Positions 1 to 10,014 are shown, counted from the stretch's first letter. The stretch is DNA of 64,000 nucleotides from Vicinamibacteria bacterium (GCA_963422395.1 OY729431.1:1824001-1888000), one strand, 5' to 3'. Notes: a model not told the origin generated them from the letters alone. Numbers and translations: made by a program.

Positions 1-192
1 CGGGTGCTGGTTCGCGGGCAGCGGCTCGACGGCGAGTCCTTCGAAGTGCAGGCCAGCGGCCTCTTGGCACGCGCCTTCGCCCACGAAGTGGACCATCTCG
101 ACGGGAAGCTGTTCCTCGACCGGCTGGGCGTCCTGAAACGCGATCTGATCCTCCGAAAACTCGATCGCCGCATCCGCCGCGGTGATTGGTAG
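1..192 (+). CDS. def: Peptide deformylase, 3' part (5' end outside window)
   Basis: HEVDHLDG metal-binding motif; lies directly upstream of fmt. Confidence 0.92.
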   Translation, partial: RVLVRGQRLDGESFEVQASGLLARAFAHEVDHLDGKLFLDRLGVLKRDLILRKLDRRIRRGDW

Positions 193-213
193 GAATCGGA
201 TCCTTTCCCCAGG

Positions 214-1254
214 GTGGACCCAGCGAAAGCCGGCGGCCGGGAAGACCGCCTGCGGGTCGTCTTTCTCGGCACCTCGGGGTTCGCCGAGCCCATCCTCCGC
301 GCTCTCGCCGAGCGCCACCGGGTGCTCCTGGTGGTCTCCCAACCCGCCCGCCCCGCCGGCCGGGGGCGCCGCCTCCGCCCCAGCCGGATCGAGCGCCTCG
401 CCGAAAAGCTGGACCTGCCGCGGTTCGGCCCCGAGCGCATCCGCCGCCCGAGCGCCTGGGAGCGGATCGCGGCGCTGGCGCCGGACGCTCTGGTGGTCGC
501 CGACTACGGCCAGATCCTGCCCGCCAGGCTGCTCGCGGTCCCTCGGCTCGGCAGCGTGAATGTCCACGCTTCGCTGCTGCCCGAACTCCGCGGCGCCGCG
601 CCGGTTCCCTGGGCGGTGGCCCGGAGCTTCCGCCGCACCGGGGTCACCACGATGCTCATGGATGCCGGACTCGACACCGGCCCGATTCTGCTGCAGCGGG
701 GAGTGGAGATACGGGAGGCCGAGACCGGCGGCAGCCTCCTCGCCCGACTCGCCGGAATCGGCGCCGGACTGCTCGTCGAGACCCTCTCCGGGCTGGCCCG
801 GGGAGAGATCGCGCCCCGCCCCCAGGACGATGCGAAGGCCAGTGCGGCTCCGCGCATCGAAAAATCCGATCTGGCGCTCGACTGGACCGAAGGAGCCCGG
901 GTGCTGGCGGCGCGGATCCGGGCATTCTCCCCGGCTCCCGGCGCCTTCACCGCGTTCTTCCCGCGAGGTTCCGGCGAACCGGTGCTGCTCAAGATCCATG
1001 CCGCCGAGGTCGGGACCGAGCCGGCCCCCGCCGACGCCTCCCCGGGCACGATCCGGACCTTCGGGCCTGGCGCGAGTCGGCTGGCCGTGGCCTGCGGAGG
1101 GGGCGCGCCGCTGCTGCCGTTGCGGGTTCAGGCCGCCGGCCGGCGGCCGCTGGAAATCGGGGACTTCCTGCGGGGGCACCCGGTGAGCGTGTTCCTCGAA
1201 GCCGGCGAAGCCCTCCGCGCCGCGGAGCACGAACCCGCCGCCAAAGGCGGCTGA
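214..1254 (+). CDS. fmt: Methionyl-tRNA formyltransferase (start approximate)
   Basis: LRVVFLGT, VVADYGQIL, NVHASLLP..RGAAP and LDTGPI motifs; def-fmt synteny. Confidence 0.95.
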   Translation: MDPAKAGGREDRLRVVFLGTSGFAEPILRALAERHRVLLVVSQPARPAGRGRRLRPSRIERLAEKLDLPRFGPERIRRPSAWERIAALAPDALVVADYGQILPARLLAVPRLGSVNVHASLLPELRGAAPVPWAVARSFRRTGVTTMLMDAGLDTGPILLQRGVEIREAETGGSLLARLAGIGAGLLVETLSGLARGEIAPRPQDDAKASAAPRIEKSDLALDWTEGARVLAARIRAFSPAPGAFTAFFPRGSGEPVLLKIHAAEVGTEPAPADASPGTIRTFGPGASRLAVACGGGAPLLPLRVQAAGRRPLEIGDFLRGHPVSVFLEAGEALRAAEHEPAAKGG

Positions 1255-1275
1255 CCCCAGACCGCGGCATCGAAG

Positions 1276-2169
1276 ATGGGACGCCGGCTGCGACGCTTCG
1301 CCGCGGGACTGGCGGTCCTCGCGGCAATCTCGGCAGTGCTGTACGGAGGCCTCGCGGCCTACGCCGCAACCCGCCCCCCGAAGCCGCGGCACGACTTCTT
1401 CCGCGCGCCGATCCGGAACCTCGCGCACCGCGGCGGCAGGGTCCAGGCACCAGAAGCCACCCTTCCCGCCTTCGCCGCTGCTGCCGCTGCCGGCGCCGAC
1501 GCGCTGGAGATGGATGTGCGGGTGACCGCCGACGGCGCCCTGGTGGTGATCCACGACGAAACCGTGGACCGCACCACCGACGGCCGCGGCCCGGTAGCCG
1601 GCATGACCCTCGAAGCGCTCCGCTCGCTGAACGCCGGGCACCGCTTCCAGGCGCCGGACGGCGGATTCCCCTACCGTGAGACTCCAGTCCGAATCCCGAC
1701 TTTTCGGGAGGTGATCGAGGCGCATCCGGATCTGTCCGTGGTCGTGGAAATGAAGACCGGGACCGCCTCCGAGCCGCTCTGCCGCGCGATTCGAGCCGCC
1801 GATCGCGAATCGGAGATCCTGGTCGCCGCATTCGCCCGGAAAACTCTCGAAGACTTCCGGGAGGCATGCCCCGGAGTCGCCACCGGAGCGGGTTTTCGGG
1901 AGGTCGTCTCGTTCCTCCTGCTGGCCCGCCTCGGGCTCACCGGTCTCTACGATGCTCCCGCGGACGCGCTGCTGGTCAGCGAGAGCAGCGGCCCGATCCG
2001 GGTCGTCACCTCCGGTTTCCTTCGCGCCGCCCGCCGGGTCGGCTTGCCGGTGATCGTCTGGACGGTGAACCGGACGGAAGACATGACCCGGCTCCTGGAT
2101 CTCGGCGTGGATGGCATCCTGACCGACGATCCCGCGGCCCTCCACGATGTCCTCGAAGCCCGCCGCTGA
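1276..2169 (+). CDS. Glycerophosphodiester phosphodiesterase with N-terminal membrane anchor
   Basis: AHRGG, PEATL, ELEMDV-like, IHDETVDRTT, WTVN and GVDGILTD motifs. Confidence 0.9.
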   Translation: MGRRLRRFAAGLAVLAAISAVLYGGLAAYAATRPPKPRHDFFRAPIRNLAHRGGRVQAPEATLPAFAAAAAAGADALEMDVRVTADGALVVIHDETVDRTTDGRGPVAGMTLEALRSLNAGHRFQAPDGGFPYRETPVRIPTFREVIEAHPDLSVVVEMKTGTASEPLCRAIRAADRESEILVAAFARKTLEDFREACPGVATGAGFREVVSFLLLARLGLTGLYDAPADALLVSESSGPIRVVTSGFLRAARRVGLPVIVWTVNRTEDMTRLLDLGVDGILTDDPAALHDVLEARR

Positions 2170-3673
2170 AACGCCGCCGCGCGCGCCCGAGGCGCAGGAG
2201 GCCGCTCTCCCGGCGCAGCCAGGAAAGGCCGGCGCGTCTTCCTCCCGACAGGACCCCTCCCGACAGGACTCCTCTCGACGGGACTCCTCGCCGCAAGGAC
2301 CGGAACCGCCGGCGGCGGCCCCGGCACGGCGGGCGGCGTTCGCGGTGTTGCTGCGGCTCGAAGCGGCTGCCCCGCACGCTCTCCCGCCCCGTCCCGATTC
2401 GCTCATCGCGCGCCTCGAAGACGCCTCCCGTCGGCCGCCGGACGACCGGGACCGGGCGCTCGCGCGCGAACTCATCTTCGGCGTACTGCGCTGGAGGCGG
2501 TCGCTCGACTTCGCCCTCGACACCTATTGTCGGCGGCCCGTGGCCACTCTCGACCCGCCGGTGAGGATCGCCCTCCGCCTCGGTCTCTATCAGCTGCGCT
2601 TTCTCGACCGGGTACCCGCGCGCGCCGCAGTGCACGACTCCGTATCCCTCGCGGCCGCCGGTGCGCGGGCGGGGCACGGCGCCTCCGGACTCGTGAATGC
2701 CGTCCTGCGCTCCTATCTCCGAGCCGACCATCCCTGGCCCCGACCTGGCGGCGATCCGCGGCTCTATCTGCGGGTGGGCCTCTCCCACCCCGACTGGCTG
2801 GTGGACCGCTATCTCGAAATGCTGGGCGAAAAGGGCGCCCGAAGGCGCTTCGAAGCCAACAATCGGACCCCGACGACCTTCTTGCGGGTGGGCCGGCGGC
2901 GCGATGTGGACGAAGTCCGTCGAGCGCTCCAGGAGCAGGGTGTGCAGACGGAACGATTTCCCCTGGCCCCCCGTTGCCTGCGGACGGTTTCCGGAAATCC
3001 GCAGGCGTCCTCGCTCCACGAGGAGGGGGCCTTCCATATCCAGGACGCCGGCTCGCAGCTCGTCGGCTGGCTGTTGCCGCTCGACGGCGCCCGGCGCTGC
3101 CTCGACGCCTGCGCCGCGCCCGGAGGCAAGGCCACTCTCCTCGCCGAACGGCTGGATCCCTGCCGGCTGATCGCCGCCGACCTCCGGCCGCGCCGGGCCG
3201 CTCTGCTCGCCGCAACGGCGCGCACGCTTGCGGCGGCCAACCTCGTTCCACTGTCGGCCGATGCTTCCGCGCCTCCGTTCCGAGCGGAAAGCTTCGATCG
3301 AGTGCTGCTGGACGCACCCTGCAGCGGTCTCGGCACTCTCTCCCGCAATCCGGACATCAAGTGGACCGCGTCTCCCGAGCGGCTGGCCGCGCTCGGTGCT
3401 GCGGCGCTCGGGATCCTTCGCGGCGCGCTTCGGCTCCTCGCTCCCGGCGGGATGCTCCTCTATTCGGCCTGTTCGCTCGAACCGGAAGAGACGAGCGCTC
3501 CCGTCCTGTCGGTGCTCCACGATTTTCCTGGAATCCGCCAGATTTCGCTCACCGACCGGCTCCCCGAACCGCTCTGGGGGCTCGTCGATGAAGATGGAGC
3601 GCTCCGGCTCGCTCCCGAGGACCGCGGCACCGACGGCTACTACGCCGCGCTGCTCGCCCGCGCTTCCACCTGA
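2147..3673 (+). CDS. rsmB: 16S rRNA m5C967 methyltransferase RsmB (NusB-like N-domain plus methyltransferase)
   Basis: IQDAGSQ, LDACAAPGGKA, LLDAPCSG and YSACSL motifs; near fmt. Confidence 0.93.
   Translation: MSSKPAAETPPRAPEAQEAALPAQPGKAGASSSRQDPSRQDSSRRDSSPQGPEPPAAAPARRAAFAVLLRLEAAAPHALPPRPDSLIARLEDASRRPPDDRDRALARELIFGVLRWRRSLDFALDTYCRRPVATLDPPVRIALRLGLYQLRFLDRVPARAAVHDSVSLAAAGARAGHGASGLVNAVLRSYLRADHPWPRPGGDPRLYLRVGLSHPDWLVDRYLEMLGEKGARRRFEANNRTPTTFLRVGRRRDVDEVRRALQEQGVQTERFPLAPRCLRTVSGNPQASSLHEEGAFHIQDAGSQLVGWLLPLDGARRCLDACAAPGGKATLLAERLDPCRLIAADLRPRRAALLAATARTLAAANLVPLSADASAPPFRAESFDRVLLDAPCSGLGTLSRNPDIKWTASPERLAALGAAALGILRGALRLLAPGGMLLYSACSLEPEETSAPVLSVLHDFPGIRQISLTDRLPEPLWGLVDEDGALRLAPEDRGTDGYYAALLARAST
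2241..2300. repeat. 15-bp tandem repeat, 3-4 degenerate copies, in the rsmB N-terminal extension
   Basis: cctcccgacaggacc/cctcccgacaggact/cctctcgacgggact/cctcgccgcaaggac. Confidence 0.8.
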
Positions 3674-3730
3674 GGCGGCGGCCCCTCGCCGGCACCATCG
3701 GCAACTACAATCCGCGCTCGCCGACTTCCC

Positions 3731-4495
3731 GTGAGCGTTGTTCGAATCCGCTGGATCCGGGGCGCCGCCGCGCCCGGTTCGCGCCTCTCCCGCGGACTGT
3801 TCCATCTCCTCACCGGGGTATCGCTGGCCGCGACCTTCGCCTTCGCGGCAACCGCGGCTTTCCTGATCGCCTCGGGGAGTGCCGATCCCTCGGCGCCCGA
3901 TCTGACCGGACTCGATCCCGAGACCGCCGCCCGTCAGCTCGAAGCCGTCGGCCTGCGACTGATCGAAGATCACCCGCGCTTCGACGACCAGGTCCCGGCA
4001 GGGCGGATCGCCTTCCAGGAACCGCCGCCGGGGACTTCCTTCAAGCGCGGCCGGTCGGTTCGAGTCTATCCGAGTCTCGGCCCCACCCGCCGTACCGTCC
4101 CGCGGCTCGAAGGGGGCACCCTGACGGAAGCACGCCGGCAGCTGGAGGCGGCCGAACTCGTGATCGGCCGAGTGGCCGAAGTCGAAAGCGACACCTACCT
4201 CATGGGCCGGGTCATCGCCCAGTCTCCGGCCGCCTACAGCGAAGCCCCTCCCGGCGCCGCGGTTTCGGTCCTGCTCTCCACCGGTTCGGAGCCGGAATCC
4301 TTCGTGATGCCCGACTTCATCGGCCGGCGCTACGGCGAGATCGCCGATGCCCTGAGCCGCGCACCGGTGCGGGTGCGGGATGTGCGCCGGGTCGAATACC
4401 GGGGGGTCCCGCGCGGGATCGTGGTGGATCAGACTCCTGCCGCCGGCTCGAAAGTCACCCGCCGCGACGGCATCGTGCTGACGCTGAGCCGCTGA
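3731..4495 (+). CDS. Membrane-anchored protein with three PASTA domains and no kinase domain
   Basis: TM helix, then three repeats of the type PDLTG...Q.P..G (APDLTG, VPRLEG, MPDFIG). Confidence 0.88.
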   Translation: MSVVRIRWIRGAAAPGSRLSRGLFHLLTGVSLAATFAFAATAAFLIASGSADPSAPDLTGLDPETAARQLEAVGLRLIEDHPRFDDQVPAGRIAFQEPPPGTSFKRGRSVRVYPSLGPTRRTVPRLEGGTLTEARRQLEAAELVIGRVAEVESDTYLMGRVIAQSPAAYSEAPPGAAVSVLLSTGSEPESFVMPDFIGRRYGEIADALSRAPVRVRDVRRVEYRGVPRGIVVDQTPAAGSKVTRRDGIVLTLSR

Positions 4496-4509
4496 CCGCA
4501 GGCCGCCCG

Positions 4510-5154
4510 ATGCGGATCGCTCCTTCCCTGCTCTCCGCCGATTTCACCCGGCTCGCCGAGGAGATCCGAGTCGTTGCGGCCGCCGGCGCGGATCGGCTCC
4601 ATCTGGATGTCATGGACGGCCACTATGTGCCGAATCTGACCTTCGGACCCCTGTTGGTCGCCGCGGTCCGCCGCGCTACCGACTTGCCACTCGACGCCCA
4701 CCTCATGATCAGCAATGCTGCCGAGCGAATCGCCGACTATGCGGAGGCCGGAGCGAATGCCATCGCCGTTCATCCTGAATCGGTTCCGCAGCTGCACCAG
4801 ACGCTGGGCGGCCTGCGCGCGCTCGATGTCCGGCCGGGCATCGCCATCGCCCCGCGGACCCCGCTGGCGGCACTCGAAACGGCGCTCGCCGCTGCCGACC
4901 AGGCGATCGTCATGTCGGTGCAACCCGGCAGGGCGGGACAGCAATTCCTCGAAGGCAGCATGGAACGGGTGCGCCAGGTGCGCCGCATCGCCGAGCGGGT
5001 GAATCCCGGCCTCGAGATCGTGGTGGACGGCGGCATGAACGCAGACCGCATCGCCGCGGCGCGGGAGGCCGGGGCCGATGTGGTGGTGGCGGGTTCGGCG
5101 ATCTTCGCCGCCGCCGACCCCGCAGCGGCAGTTCGCAAGATGCTGGCTGCCTGA
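4510..5154 (+). CDS. rpe: Ribulose-phosphate 3-epimerase
   Basis: IAPSLLSADF, HLDVMDGHYVPNLTFG, DAHLM and VDGG motifs. Confidence 0.96.
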   Translation: MRIAPSLLSADFTRLAEEIRVVAAAGADRLHLDVMDGHYVPNLTFGPLLVAAVRRATDLPLDAHLMISNAAERIADYAEAGANAIAVHPESVPQLHQTLGGLRALDVRPGIAIAPRTPLAALETALAAADQAIVMSVQPGRAGQQFLEGSMERVRQVRRIAERVNPGLEIVVDGGMNADRIAAAREAGADVVVAGSAIFAAADPAAAVRKMLAA

Positions 5155-5210
5155 CCCTGGCGTTCCCGGAAGCGGAAAGAAAGGTCTCCGCACGAGCTCA
5201 CCGAACCACC

Positions 5211-5246
5211 CCCGGGGCTCGCGCCACTTCATCCACAGGCTGCTAG
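5211..5246. mobile_element. Isolated right end of the CTAG-flanked MITE family
   Basis: 36 nt matching 7419-7454 with 3 mismatches (gctcgcgccacttcatccacaggctgctag). Confidence 0.75.
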
Positions 5247-5278
5247 CCTCTCGGGTATCTGGAGTGTTCCGCCCCGTC

Positions 5279-6088
5279 ATGGATTCCGCTTGGTCGCCTT
5301 TCCGCTCGGTGCGGCTCGCAGTTGCGGCCGCGGGAGTGCTCACCGCCCTCTCCTGCGGTTCGCGGTCGTTACCGGATGCGCCCACCGGCGCGCAGGCGGA
5401 CCGGCGCCTGCTGGCTCTCGGCCAGCAGAACCTCGAGGACGGCGATTGGGAGACCGCCCGCACCTGGTTCCGGCAGCTCCTCGACAGCTATCCGCGCAGC
5501 CAATTCGCAGGAGACGCCCGGCTCGGGATCGCCGACACCTACGCCGGCCAGCGCGGCGCGCAGAACGCGCTGCTCGCTGCCAGCGAATACCGCGACTACC
5601 TGACATTCTTCCCGAACCACCCACGGGCTGATTACGCCCAGTTCCAGATCGCCTGGGGGCACTTCCGCAGGCGCCGGAGCGCCGACCGAGACCAGGAAGA
5701 CACCCGGATCGCCGCCGAGGAGTTCCGCAAACTTCTGGACCTCTATCCCAACTCGCGCTACTCGGAGGAGGCTCGGGAGCATCTGGCCGATTGCGAAGAC
5801 GACCTCGCGACCTCCAAGCTGCTCAAAGCGGAGTTCTACCAGGACCACCGCAACTGGTGCCGGGGGGCGATTCCCCGTCTGGAGGAGATCCTCGCCGAGC
5901 ACCCGGACTTCGGGCGGATCGCCGAGGTCCGGGCCCGACTCGGCCGAGCGTTGAGCGATTGCGGCCGGGAAAACGAAGCGCTCGTCCACTACCAGCGGAT
6001 CGTCGAGGAGCATCCGGACAGCGAGTTCGTCGAGCCGGCACGGCAGCGCATCCGCGAAATCCTCGAAAGAACCAGCACCGGAGGGTGA
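5279..6088 (+). CDS. bamD: Outer membrane protein assembly factor BamD
   Basis: Lipobox ALSC, TPR repeats, FPNHPRADYAQFQ and ADRDQ motifs. Confidence 0.88.
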   Translation: MDSAWSPFRSVRLAVAAAGVLTALSCGSRSLPDAPTGAQADRRLLALGQQNLEDGDWETARTWFRQLLDSYPRSQFAGDARLGIADTYAGQRGAQNALLAASEYRDYLTFFPNHPRADYAQFQIAWGHFRRRRSADRDQEDTRIAAEEFRKLLDLYPNSRYSEEAREHLADCEDDLATSKLLKAEFYQDHRNWCRGAIPRLEEILAEHPDFGRIAEVRARLGRALSDCGRENEALVHYQRIVEEHPDSEFVEPARQRIREILERTSTGG

Positions 6089-6126
6089 ACTCCGGCCAGG
6101 ATGTGGAGGCGGCTCCCTCCGGGCCG

Positions 6127-6507
6127 CTACCGGACGGGGAGGCGCGCGGCGTCGAAACGGTCCCCGCAGTGGACCAGCGCGATGATCCGCTCTCCGGCGG
6201 CTGACCCCGCAAGCAGCACATCCCCTGCGACCAGGCCGCCGAGGAGCAGTTCCTCTGCATCGGTGAGGTCTCCGGGCCGGACCGCAAGCCCCACGACGCG
6301 CCAGCCCGCGATCTCCGCCCGCTGGAACCGCTGCTCGACCAACGATGCGAGCGAGGGCTCCTCGTCTCCGGCGGGTTCGAGACCCAGCACATCCACCTGC
6401 TGGTACCGCTTTTCGCCGTAGAGCAAGCCGCGCTGCCCGGAAAGGCCCCCCCGGGCATCCGCGCCGAGGAAGACATCCGGCGGCGTCCGAAGCAGTCGCG
6501 GACGCAC
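6127..6507 (-). CDS. Hypothetical protein, possibly a degenerate MPN/JAB-like fold
   Basis: GTG start after a GGAG-like sequence, just downstream of pgsA; GLLYG...VDV...GWRVVG pattern without HxH. Confidence 0.5.
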   Translation of the reverse strand: MRPRLLRTPPDVFLGADARGGLSGQRGLLYGEKRYQQVDVLGLEPAGDEEPSLASLVEQRFQRAEIAGWRVVGLAVRPGDLTDAEELLLGGLVAGDVLLAGSAAGERIIALVHCGDRFDAARLPVR

Positions 6508-6524
6508 GCTCCGCTCAGTGCGCG

Positions 6525-7058
6525 TCAGAGGGAGACCGCGATCTTCCGGGAACGGGCGAAATAGTCGAACCCGGACCAGAGGGTGATTCCGCCCGCGATC
6601 CAGAGCCCGATCACCCCGAGCGGCGCCGCCGTCGGGAACCAGGCCACCACCACCACCATGAGCGCCGCATACACCTGCGCGTGCATCTTCACCTTGCCGA
6701 GCAGACTCACCGGCACACTCGTCCCCCGTTCGAGCGCCACCATCCGCAGCGCGGTGACCGCGAACTCCCGCCCCACGATGACGATAGCGATCCACGAGGG
6801 GCAGAGCCCCCGGGCGACGAGACAGATGTACACCGTCGAAATCAGGAACTTGTCGGCGATGGGATCGAGCAGGACACCCACCGGAGTGACCTGGTTCCGT
6901 CGGCGGGCGAGATGACCGTCCAACAGATCGGAGAGCCCGGCAAGCCCGACGACCATGAAGCTCACCGGCTGCCAGCCGGGCCACTCGGCGAGGAGCGCCA
7001 CCGCCGCGACCGGGGTCAGCAGGATCCGGAGCAGCGTAAGACGGTTCGCCACACTCAT
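6525..7058 (-). CDS. pgsA: CDP-diacylglycerol--glycerol-3-phosphate 3-phosphatidyltransferase
   Basis: ANRLTLLR and DLLDGHLARR...G..LDPIADK CDP-alcohol phosphotransferase motif. Confidence 0.93.
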   Translation of the reverse strand: MSVANRLTLLRILLTPVAAVALLAEWPGWQPVSFMVVGLAGLSDLLDGHLARRRNQVTPVGVLLDPIADKFLISTVYICLVARGLCPSWIAIVIVGREFAVTALRMVALERGTSVPVSLLGKVKMHAQVYAALMVVVVAWFPTAAPLGVIGLWIAGGITLWSGFDYFARSRKIAVSL

Positions 7059-7258
7059 CCCGTTCACACCCTCGATCGGTTCTCCGCGCCCCGCGCGCAA
7101 CGCACCGATGCTATCAGCCGGAGCCCCCCGACGGCTTCTTTCGCGAGACGCGGCTTGCTTCCGGCAGGTTTGCGCCCGGCTGGCCTGCGCCCAGAGGGAC
7201 GACGGTTCGACCGTGCGGGTATCCTCTCCTCCTCCATCCCATGCGGCTCGGCGAGACC

Positions 7259-7454
7259 CTAGCAGCCCGTGGACAAAGTCACACGGCAGTCGACCGGCGA
7301 TGCCCAGTTCTCCCGGTGGGGGCCCCGGCTGAACCGCTTCGCTCGGCGTTGCGATTCCGTCGGAATACACCCGGTATGCCTCCCGATTCGCGCCTTGTCA
7401 GCCAGGCGCCTCCCCGGTCCCGGTGCTCGCGCCACTTCATCCACGGACTGCTAG
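7259..7454. mobile_element. MITE-like non-autonomous element, 196 bp including flanking CTAG
   Basis: Ends CTAG-CAGCCCGTGGACAAAGT ... ACTTCATCCACGGACTG-CTAG: 17-bp imperfect inverted repeats (3 mismatches); no credible coding content; ends recur elsewhere in the window. Confidence 0.8.
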
Positions 7455-7526
7455 ACGGCGAGCGCCCGTTCTGCTATCCCGCCGGATGAGCGCTCCCGGC
7501 TCCGAGAGCCCGGAGCCCGGCATCGC

Positions 7527-8612
7527 ATGAAGGCCGTCATCCTCATCGGCGGTAAGGCGCTGCGGCTGCGCCCGTTGACTCTCCGCCGACCCAAGGCGAT
7601 CGTGCCGATCCTCTCCCAGCCCTTCCTCTCCACCCAGTTCGCGCTGCTCCGCCGTGCCGGGATCACCGATATCATCCTGTGCCTCGCCTCCCTGCCCCGC
7701 CGGGTCGAGGCGGCCTACGGTGACGGCGCCGCCTTCGGGGTCTCGCTCCGGTACGCCATCGAACCGGAACCACTCGGAACCGCCGGAGCCCTCCGGCGCC
7801 TTCGCGCGATGCTCACCGAACCCTTCGTCTGTCTGAATGGAGATGTGCTCACCGACCTCGATGTCCGAAACCTCGTGGAGACGCACGAGCGGGCCCAAGC
7901 GCTGCTGACCCTCACGGTGGCCCGAGTGGAGGATGCGGCAGGCTATGGCGCGGTGCGCATCGCCGCCGGGGAAGAGGGCGGACCACCGCGAGTGATCGGC
8001 TTCGAGGAGAAGGTCCGCGCCGGAACCCCAGGGAGGATCAGTGTGGGCATCTATGTCATGGCGCCCGATGTCCTCGACCGCATTCCGAAAGGGCGGGCGG
8101 CCTCGCTGGAATACGAGGTCTTTCCGAGCCTCGCGAGCGATGGCACCGGGGAGGAAAGCCGGGTCGCGGCCCACCGGCACCAGGGCTATTTCTCCGACAT
8201 CGGCACGCTTTCGCGCTATCACGCAGCGCACCGGGACGCCCTCGAAGGTGGAATTCGCATTCCCGGGGTGGGGACCCCGAACCCGGGAGGAGTCATCGTG
8301 GACGAAACCGCGTCGATCCACCCCGACGCCCGGCTGACCGGCCCCGCTTTCCTGGGCCCCGGCGCCCAGGTTCTCCCCGGAGCACGGATCGGCCCCTACG
8401 CCGTCCTCGGCCGGCGGGTGCGCATCGAGGCGAACGCTGCCGTCCGGGACTCCATCCTCTGGGCCGACACCAGGATCGGGGAAAGCGCCGAGATCTCCCG
8501 GACCATTTTCGGGGGGAGCAGCTTCGTCGGCCCGGGGGCGCAGGTCCAGGGCGCCGTCTTCGGCGACAAGAGCACCGTGGCCGGGCACAGCGTGATTCCA
8601 TGGCCATGCTGA
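7527..8612 (+). CDS. NDP-sugar pyrophosphorylase (mannose-1-phosphate guanylyltransferase-like) with hexapeptide repeats
   Basis: MKAVILIGGKALRLRPLT..PK, EPLGTAGA, NGDV and FEEK motifs; C-terminal left-handed beta-helix. Confidence 0.88.
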   Translation: MKAVILIGGKALRLRPLTLRRPKAIVPILSQPFLSTQFALLRRAGITDIILCLASLPRRVEAAYGDGAAFGVSLRYAIEPEPLGTAGALRRLRAMLTEPFVCLNGDVLTDLDVRNLVETHERAQALLTLTVARVEDAAGYGAVRIAAGEEGGPPRVIGFEEKVRAGTPGRISVGIYVMAPDVLDRIPKGRAASLEYEVFPSLASDGTGEESRVAAHRHQGYFSDIGTLSRYHAAHRDALEGGIRIPGVGTPNPGGVIVDETASIHPDARLTGPAFLGPGAQVLPGARIGPYAVLGRRVRIEANAAVRDSILWADTRIGESAEISRTIFGGSSFVGPGAQVQGAVFGDKSTVAGHSVIPWPC

Positions 8613-9967
8613 CCGCCGCCGAATCGCAGGTCTTCAAGGCCTACGATGTTCGAGGGGCGGCGCCCGACCCGCTCTCCCCGGCGCTCGCCTGGCGGGTCGG
8701 CCGGGCGTTCGCCGACCAGCTCGGCGGAGGGCGCATCGGCCTCGCCCGGGACATGCGAACCACGAGCCCGGCCCTCGCCGCGGCCTTCGCCGGCGGCCTG
8801 CGGGAAGGAAAAGCGGAGGTGCTCGACTACGGCCTGCTGCCCACCGACGCCATGTGGTTCGCGGTAAGGCGCCACCGCCTCGACGGCGGCGCGGTCGTGA
8901 CCGCCTCCCATAACCCGGCAGGGGACAACGGCATCAAAATGGTCGGGCGCGATGCCGCTCCGGTCTTCGCCGAAACCGGCCTCCCGGATGTCCACCGGCG
9001 CGCCTCCCGGATCGATCCTCCCGCGGAGGGGGCGCTGCCGCGCCGAATCGTCGGGGCGCAACGGGATATCGCCGCCGAGTACCGCGCCTTCTTCGAGAGC
9101 GTCGTGGAGATCCCCAAGCTGCCGGCGCTCACCGTGGTCCTGGACGCCGGAAACGGCATGGGGGGAGTCATGGCGGAACAGGTGTTCGCTTCGGTGCCCG
9201 GCCGGCTGATCCCCATGAACTACGCACCGGACGGCACTTTCCCGAACCGCGGCCCGAACCCCATGGATCCGGCGAACCGGACCGCGCTCATCGCGCGCAT
9301 CCGGAGAGAGCGGGCCGACTTCGGGGTCCTGTGGGACGGCGATGCGGACCGCTGCGCCTTCGTGGACGATCAGGGCGGCTTCCTGCCGGCCGACTTCACC
9401 ACCGCACTGCTGGCGCCGCAGGAGATCGCCCGGGAGCCCGGCGCGAGGATCGTGTTCGATCTCCGCTCTTCGCGGGCGGTCCCCGAAGCGGTCCGGAGCG
9501 CCGGGGGAGTGCCCTGTGCGGAACGGGTCGGCCACGCCTATCTGAAGCGGCGGATGCGGCAGGAGGACGCCCGTTTCGGCGGAGAACTGAGCGGACACTT
9601 CTTCTTTCGAGCCGCCGGCTATGCGGACAACGCTCTGCTCCCGGTTCTCCTCATGATGGAGCGGATCCGCGACTCCGGGCTCGCGCTCGCAGAACTCGCC
9701 GCACCACTCCGCAGCCGCTACTTCACCGTGGACGAGCTGAGCCTTCGCGTCCGTGACTCCGACGGCGCCCTCGAAACCGTCCGGGCCGCGTTCCCCGGAG
9801 GCACTTGCGAATCCGGAGACGGAATCACGGTGGATTTCCCCGACTGGCGATTCACCCTGCGCCCGTCGAACACCGAGCCGGTGCTGCGATTGACGGTGGA
9901 GGCGTTCATTTCCGGGCTGGCCGAGCGGCGGCGCGACGAGATCGCGGCGATCCTGCGGACCGCTTAG
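8600..9967 (+). CDS. Phosphomannomutase/phosphoglucomutase
   Basis: FKAYDVRG, TASHNP, DGDADR, GELSGH and RPSNTEP motifs. Confidence 0.94.
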   Translation: MAMLTAAESQVFKAYDVRGAAPDPLSPALAWRVGRAFADQLGGGRIGLARDMRTTSPALAAAFAGGLREGKAEVLDYGLLPTDAMWFAVRRHRLDGGAVVTASHNPAGDNGIKMVGRDAAPVFAETGLPDVHRRASRIDPPAEGALPRRIVGAQRDIAAEYRAFFESVVEIPKLPALTVVLDAGNGMGGVMAEQVFASVPGRLIPMNYAPDGTFPNRGPNPMDPANRTALIARIRRERADFGVLWDGDADRCAFVDDQGGFLPADFTTALLAPQEIAREPGARIVFDLRSSRAVPEAVRSAGGVPCAERVGHAYLKRRMRQEDARFGGELSGHFFFRAAGYADNALLPVLLMMERIRDSGLALAELAAPLRSRYFTVDELSLRVRDSDGALETVRAAFPGGTCESGDGITVDFPDWRFTLRPSNTEPVLRLTVEAFISGLAERRRDEIAAILRTA

Positions 9968-9984
9968 CAGCCTGTGGACAAAGT
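9964..9984. mobile_element. Left-end remnant of the MITE family overlapping the PMM stop codon
   Basis: ttagcagcctgtggacaaagt versus ctagcagcccgtggacaaagt at 7259. Confidence 0.7.
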
Positions 9985-10014
9985 GCCGCGGCGGCTAGAA
10001 TTCGCCCTCCTAGG

